A stretch of 62,427 nt of DNA, filler included, from Actinomycetota bacterium (GTDB taxonomy: Bacteria; Actinomycetota; Actinomycetes; JAKEEW01): NCBI GenBank assembly GCA_046725875.1. It is 4 parts of 4 records of this genome, joined end to end, with 100 filler letters (N's around TTAATTAATTAA, not from the genome) between each part and the next. Parts side by side here need not be neighbours in the genome. Positions count along the whole stretch, not along the records: positions 37,716 to 62,427 come from JBKOZJ010000012.1; 3 more parts are not named here. The stretch is one strand, 5' to 3'. Both the position numbers and the translations under genes were made by a program. Each line of letters begins with the position of its first letter. The stretch's first letter is position 1. The notes beneath the pieces are model-generated. The model was not told the DNA's origin. It did no database searches and was given only the letters and a program-made list of their open reading frames with translations. Shown here piece after piece: positions 61,633 through 62,427 of this stretch.

Positions 61633-62427
61633 CAGTTCTCCTTCGCTAGAACGTTTGACAAATCCACGGGAGGCATCCAGCTTGATGATCGACATCGGTC
61701 TGTCAGACCAGCACGTTCTTATCCCGATCTCATAGCCGACGCCCGCGGGCTGCATGCTATGGTCCAGTGATCTCGGCGTTCCATGATTTCGCCGGAACCT
61801 AATCGTTCTCGCTACGTCGCCGTCCGAACGGGCAATGCGCGGCCTCGATGGATCCGCGAGGTCGATCTTGCTGGTGGACTCCCGCGACCCGATTCCGACA
61901 AGACTTACTGATTCGGGCGCGAGGTCGGTATCACACCTGTGGTCAGGAAGAAGCGGGATCGAGGACCGCTGAGAGGCTGCCCACCGCCGAGCTCAGCCGT
62001 GTTCGCCGGTTATGAATAGGCAAGGGGGGTCGGTGCGCCGCGGCGCGCCTTCACGGGCACCTGAGTTGTTCGACCAAGCGAATATGCAACGCTTTGGCCC
62101 CGGCGAAGCGAGGCAGACCGTTGAGGACGACCGACTGGTTTGGGCATTGTTCGCGAACTCACCGGTTAGCCTGCGGTGGGCTGGCTAACCGGCGAATGAT
62201 TCGAATCTGGGCGAATGGTCGCTGACCTCGTACCTAGCTGCCACGATCGACAGCGGCGCCTTCGGCGGCGGCGCAAAAAGAGACGGCTTGGCACGCGTCG
62301 TCCCGACTGGATGGACCGTGGGGCGGACCTTCCAGAGAGCCGCCCCGAGGGCAGCCGCTGGCGAGGGGCGCCGCTCGGAAACTGAAAGTCGGTGCCGGCC
62401 TCGAAAACCCTCGGGCTCGACGTGCGG

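Overview
High-GC actinobacterial DNA made of four separate contigs (1-11628, 11729-31101, 31202-37615, 37716-62427). They are joined by artificial 100-bp spacers (44 N + TTAATTAATTAA + 44 N), so adjacency across spacers has no biological meaning. Contig 1 is accessory DNA: two ECF sigma factors, MarR+MFS, GNAT, ppk2, SDR, an AlkA-type glycosylase and several gene relics. Contig 2 is a core biotin/acyl-CoA carboxylase region: MCC-type beta subunit, HMG-CoA lyase, enoyl-CoA hydratase, birA, pccB, accE, maf, biotin carboxylase/BCCP and fdhD. Contig 3 is a decayed genomic island with frameshifted genes, a tRNA-Thr(CGT)-derived att site and a compact ORF-less group II intron. Contig 4 is the conserved metH-PAC2-mshC-corA-uppP-M20 peptidase block ending at tRNA-Leu(GAG), followed by island debris (serine recombinase stub, 177-bp MITE-like element). 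I cannot support a large new multi-gene system. The best leads are the ORF-less group II ribozyme, the MITE-like element with a second end copy, three unannotated intergenic repeat families, a RecD2-like pseudo-helicase and an in-frame amber codon at a normally Lys position. All family calls come from motif recognition, not database searches.
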